Positions 18,216 to 20,897 of a stretch of DNA of 20,897 bases are shown here, piece after piece. The DNA comes from Oligoflexales bacterium. GTDB lineage: Bacteria; Bdellovibrionota_B; Oligoflexia; Oligoflexales; Bog-1112. The DNA lies in NCBI GenBank assembly GCA_045105515.1, contig JBGCDR010000105.1, forward strand, positions 1-20,897. The letters run 5' to 3'. The notes beneath the pieces were generated by a model. That model was not told where the DNA came from and did no database searches. It was given only the letters and a program-made list of their open reading frames with translations. The translations under genes and the position numbers were made by a program. How positions within the stretch are numbered: position 1 is the stretch's first letter; each line of letters opens with the position of its first letter.

Positions 18216-19747
18216 GTGTTCTCCTTAACTGCCCCGTATGCCCTCTTGTGTTGTTTTGCTACCTTGCTCTTTTCCACATCACCCAACATTGGAGTGAACA
18301 TCTTCTTTTTCCCATTAGAAAATTGATCAACAATTCCTAGGCATCTTGCTTTAATCGTCTTTTCATCAATAAAGGGAGCCTGAACGATCACTTTCTTGGT
18401 GCCATAGTTCCACACCCCTCGACCTGGTATTTCAGGAAGGTCGCAAGCATCCTTCGTTCCCAAGACAATCAAGCTTCCTTGAAGAGAATTAGCACGAAAT
18501 GCCATGCGCCCTGAAATGTTCTCAGATACTGAGGTGGGGATGACCTGTCTATCAAGCTTTTGTGTTGCAAGGATCAAATGAATACTGGCAGCACGAGACA
18601 ACTTAGAGATAGAATCAGCAAGCTGTCTTGCTTCAAGTGCCGATTGGTATTCTGGATCATTTCTGGGCCGATTCATATACAGAACAGAGCATTCATCCAC
18701 ACCAACCACGATCCTATCCTTGTGGTCTTTCTCTGGAATGATTTGCTTACGGCTCTTGGCCTCAAGATACCTAAATCTGTCTTTCATCTCCTTTTCCACT
18801 CGCCTCAAAACCACCAAGGCATCGTCCATGGTCTTTACTACCTTGACGTTGGGACACTTCACAAAGTCGATCATCTCTACGCCGCCTTTGAGATCAATCA
18901 GATACATTTGCAAATGTGGTGATGATTCCAAGAGCCCCATGATAATTTGCTTAAACTGAACCGATTTACCACTGCCTGTGGTGCCTGCAATGATCATGTG
19001 GGGCAATTCATCGATGCGTTGTGTCACGACTCCTTCACCTGACATTCCAAGGAAGAACCCCTCTTTTGGCAAGACATTAGATGCAACAAGATCCGTGTAT
19101 TTGACTTTTTCTGGAAACTTCATCGTGCTAAAGGTTACAACGATCTGTCCTTGGTGTTTGCCATGTTTGATTGATTCGACATTTGTTCTAAAGAACGATT
19201 CCAAATGGCTTTTTTTGTCGCTGAAATTTTCTAAGCTAACCCCATTAGCATCAAAAATATAACTCCTTCGATGTTTATCATGCTTCTCAATTCTGATTAA
19301 TTTGGGTGTATCTTTCCTACCGTTTTGAATCCCGATCATTTCAAATAGCTTTTGATACTTTGTTCTTGTAGCTCTTGCCCATCCCCCTAAAACAAGCACT
19401 AATGGACTTAAAAACAAAATAAACAATACAATCCAGTGATACAAGATTGGGATATCATACATCCAACCAATTCGTTTCATGGTAATAAGATCAGGCTCTA
19501 ATTCATGAATCCAAACGATATGGATGCCATTTGCTGCTATATAAAAACTGTAATAAAGTAGAGCTATGAGGCTACCCCAGGAGAATGGGAACCACCTAGA
19601 GATGAGAGATTTTAGAAAAACCCATGTACCTATACTCGACACAACAATGAATTCTTGCAGGAACTCATTGAATGCAATTGCTAGTGCATCAGGCTGAGAC
19701 CCTGTTTTATTTTGAAACTTTTCTTTGCTATTAGGATATTTGTCCAT
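18212..19747 (-). CDS. FtsK/SpoIIIE-domain membrane ATPase (putative coupling protein / DNA translocase)
   Basis: N-terminal TM segments, PHMIIAGTTGSGKS Walker A, IDLKGG, VGVDE Walker B, SRAASIHLILATQK and LPEIPGRG. ATGA overlap with the relaxase. Confidence 0.9.
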   Translation of the reverse strand: MDKYPNSKEKFQNKTGSQPDALAIAFNEFLQEFIVVSSIGTWVFLKSLISRWFPFSWGSLIALLYYSFYIAANGIHIVWIHELEPDLITMKRIGWMYDIPILYHWIVLFILFLSPLVLVLGGWARATRTKYQKLFEMIGIQNGRKDTPKLIRIEKHDKHRRSYIFDANGVSLENFSDKKSHLESFFRTNVESIKHGKHQGQIVVTFSTMKFPEKVKYTDLVASNVLPKEGFFLGMSGEGVVTQRIDELPHMIIAGTTGSGKSVQFKQIIMGLLESSPHLQMYLIDLKGGVEMIDFVKCPNVKVVKTMDDALVVLRRVEKEMKDRFRYLEAKSRKQIIPEKDHKDRIVVGVDECSVLYMNRPRNDPEYQSALEARQLADSISKLSRAASIHLILATQKLDRQVIPTSVSENISGRMAFRANSLQGSLIVLGTKDACDLPEIPGRGVWNYGTKKVIVQAPFIDEKTIKARCLGIVDQFSNGKKKMFTPMLGDVEKSKVAKQHKRAYGAVKENT

Positions 19748-19756
19748 ACATCACAC

Positions 19757-20791
19757 CTACACCTTTCTTGCTACAGCTGACGCAGCTCCAGTGGTTCCAC
19801 CTGTAGCTGCTCCAACTCCAATATCTTTGGCATCAGTAACCACTTGAGGCGCTTGTTCTGTTTGTGAATCAGTCAAAAATGATGAGAATAGACCGTAGCC
19901 TAGGATCAGCGTCGGCAGTGGGCCTACAAGAATTTGCAACCAAGAGTAGAGTGCATAGAATTGGTAAAGCTTTGCAGTCACGAAACTAGCAGAATACAAC
20001 GAAATTCCATCGGATATCTCCCCCCACTCCATCATGAGATCATTGGAAACAGCAATACTGGTCATTAAATGGTAAAGCAGTGTCCAAATTGGGGTCCACA
20101 GAAGAACTGAGATATACAAAGCAAACCAAGCAATGATTACCTTCCAACGACCTGCTATAACAAAGAAGATGAGCCAAGGGAACAGAAAGATAAGAAACAT
20201 CTTTACCATGCCTTTGAGGTGAGGTGCTCTTTGAAGATACTCGGAAAATTTCTCAGCTCGCTCTGCGGTTAATGCAGCACCAACTTGATCCCTTTGCCCC
20301 AATGTGGACAGAAAACCATCCCAGGACCAAAAACGGCTCCAACCGTGGATGATTTTGGCTAATGTCCCTCGAACCTCAGAGCCTTTTTGAATACCTAAAT
20401 TATCCTCAGTTTGTGCTAGGTAGTGGTTGACTAAAACATTTGAAGCGATGAGATTGCGCTCGTCGGTCTCAGTGATCTCACTGCGTCTGATGGAATATTT
20501 CCCTGAATAGCTTTGATAGAACTTAGCTCCTTTTCTTTCTGCATAAGACCATAGGTTTGAGCGCACCAGATTTTTCAAAGTGAGGCAATTAATCTTGCTA
20601 CCATCGTCAAGGGTGATTGGGATGTGCTTTAATTCACGGTCGATAACCCCATTGAGTCCAAAAAATTCATCTATTTTGTCTTTTCTAGCTGTCATTCCAA
20701 GCATGGGAAGAATCTTGTCAAAGCAGCTATCCGTATAGACATCAATCTTGTCTCTGAGAGCCAGGGTTGATTCAAGTAAGCTTTTAACCAA
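19757..20791 (-). CDS. TraG_N/VirB6-like polytopic membrane protein, probably 5'-truncated
   Basis: Soluble region with two Cys, then PHLKGMVKMFLIFLFPWLIF...YISVLLWTPIW TM helices and a Gly/Ala-rich tail. TTG start without an RBS; in-frame stop at 20816-20818. Confidence 0.55.
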   Translation of the reverse strand: MVKSLLESTLALRDKIDVYTDSCFDKILPMLGMTARKDKIDEFFGLNGVIDRELKHIPITLDDGSKINCLTLKNLVRSNLWSYAERKGAKFYQSYSGKYSIRRSEITETDERNLIASNVLVNHYLAQTEDNLGIQKGSEVRGTLAKIIHGWSRFWSWDGFLSTLGQRDQVGAALTAERAEKFSEYLQRAPHLKGMVKMFLIFLFPWLIFFVIAGRWKVIIAWFALYISVLLWTPIWTLLYHLMTSIAVSNDLMMEWGEISDGISLYSASFVTAKLYQFYALYSWLQILVGPLPTLILGYGLFSSFLTDSQTEQAPQVVTDAKDIGVGAATGGTTGAASAVARKV

Positions 20792-20897
20792 ATTTTGAAG
20801 TACGTTAAAATGGGTTCAGCATATTTTTTTAACAAAATTTTTGTTGTCAAAAATATTTGAGATGTATTTTTTTGACTATTCAAGCATAATCTAACAA

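Larger units (their letters stand above)
14138..20897 (-). mobile_element. Integrative conjugative/mobilisable element (one end; probably continues beyond the window)
   Basis: att-like site followed by co-oriented int, xis, DNA MTase, RHH, relaxase-like, FtsK-like and TraG-like genes. Confidence 0.85.

Noticed and set aside
14330..20897. Prophage or phage satellite
   Set aside because: No capsid, terminase, portal or primase genes; the relaxase, FtsK and TraG-like genes favour a conjugative-type element.

Overview
AT-rich bacterial accessory DNA in two parts, joined at about 14.14 kb. The left part (1-13.8 kb) holds a tightly coupled + strand array of drug- and small-molecule-modifying enzymes: 5'-truncated ABC-F, P-loop kinase, RimJ-GNAT/GrpB fusion, SAM methyltransferase, P-loop/NTF2-like fusion, NUDIX, APH-family kinase, APH(9)-like spectinomycin kinase and Vat-like acetyltransferase. 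These are followed by a SoxR module with a perfect sox box, a frameshifted remnant, a second methyltransferase, a large 2OG-Fe(II) oxygenase and an ArsC/Spx-family gene. The right part (14.14-20.9 kb) is one end of an integrative element on the - strand: tyrosine integrase, Xis-like HTH, orphan N4/N6 DNA methyltransferase, RHH-like protein, candidate oriT region (87% purine tract plus a 12-bp palindrome), MOB_C-like (Replic_Relax) relaxase, FtsK/SpoIIIE ATPase and a TraG/VirB6-like membrane protein. At the junction is an orphan 24-bp sequence encoding GGMGGMM*, the GroEL C-terminal tail, with different arm-like repeats on each side. This suggests a groEL-targeting ICE/IME and possibly tandem integration. 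All calls come from reading motifs by eye; no database search was run.
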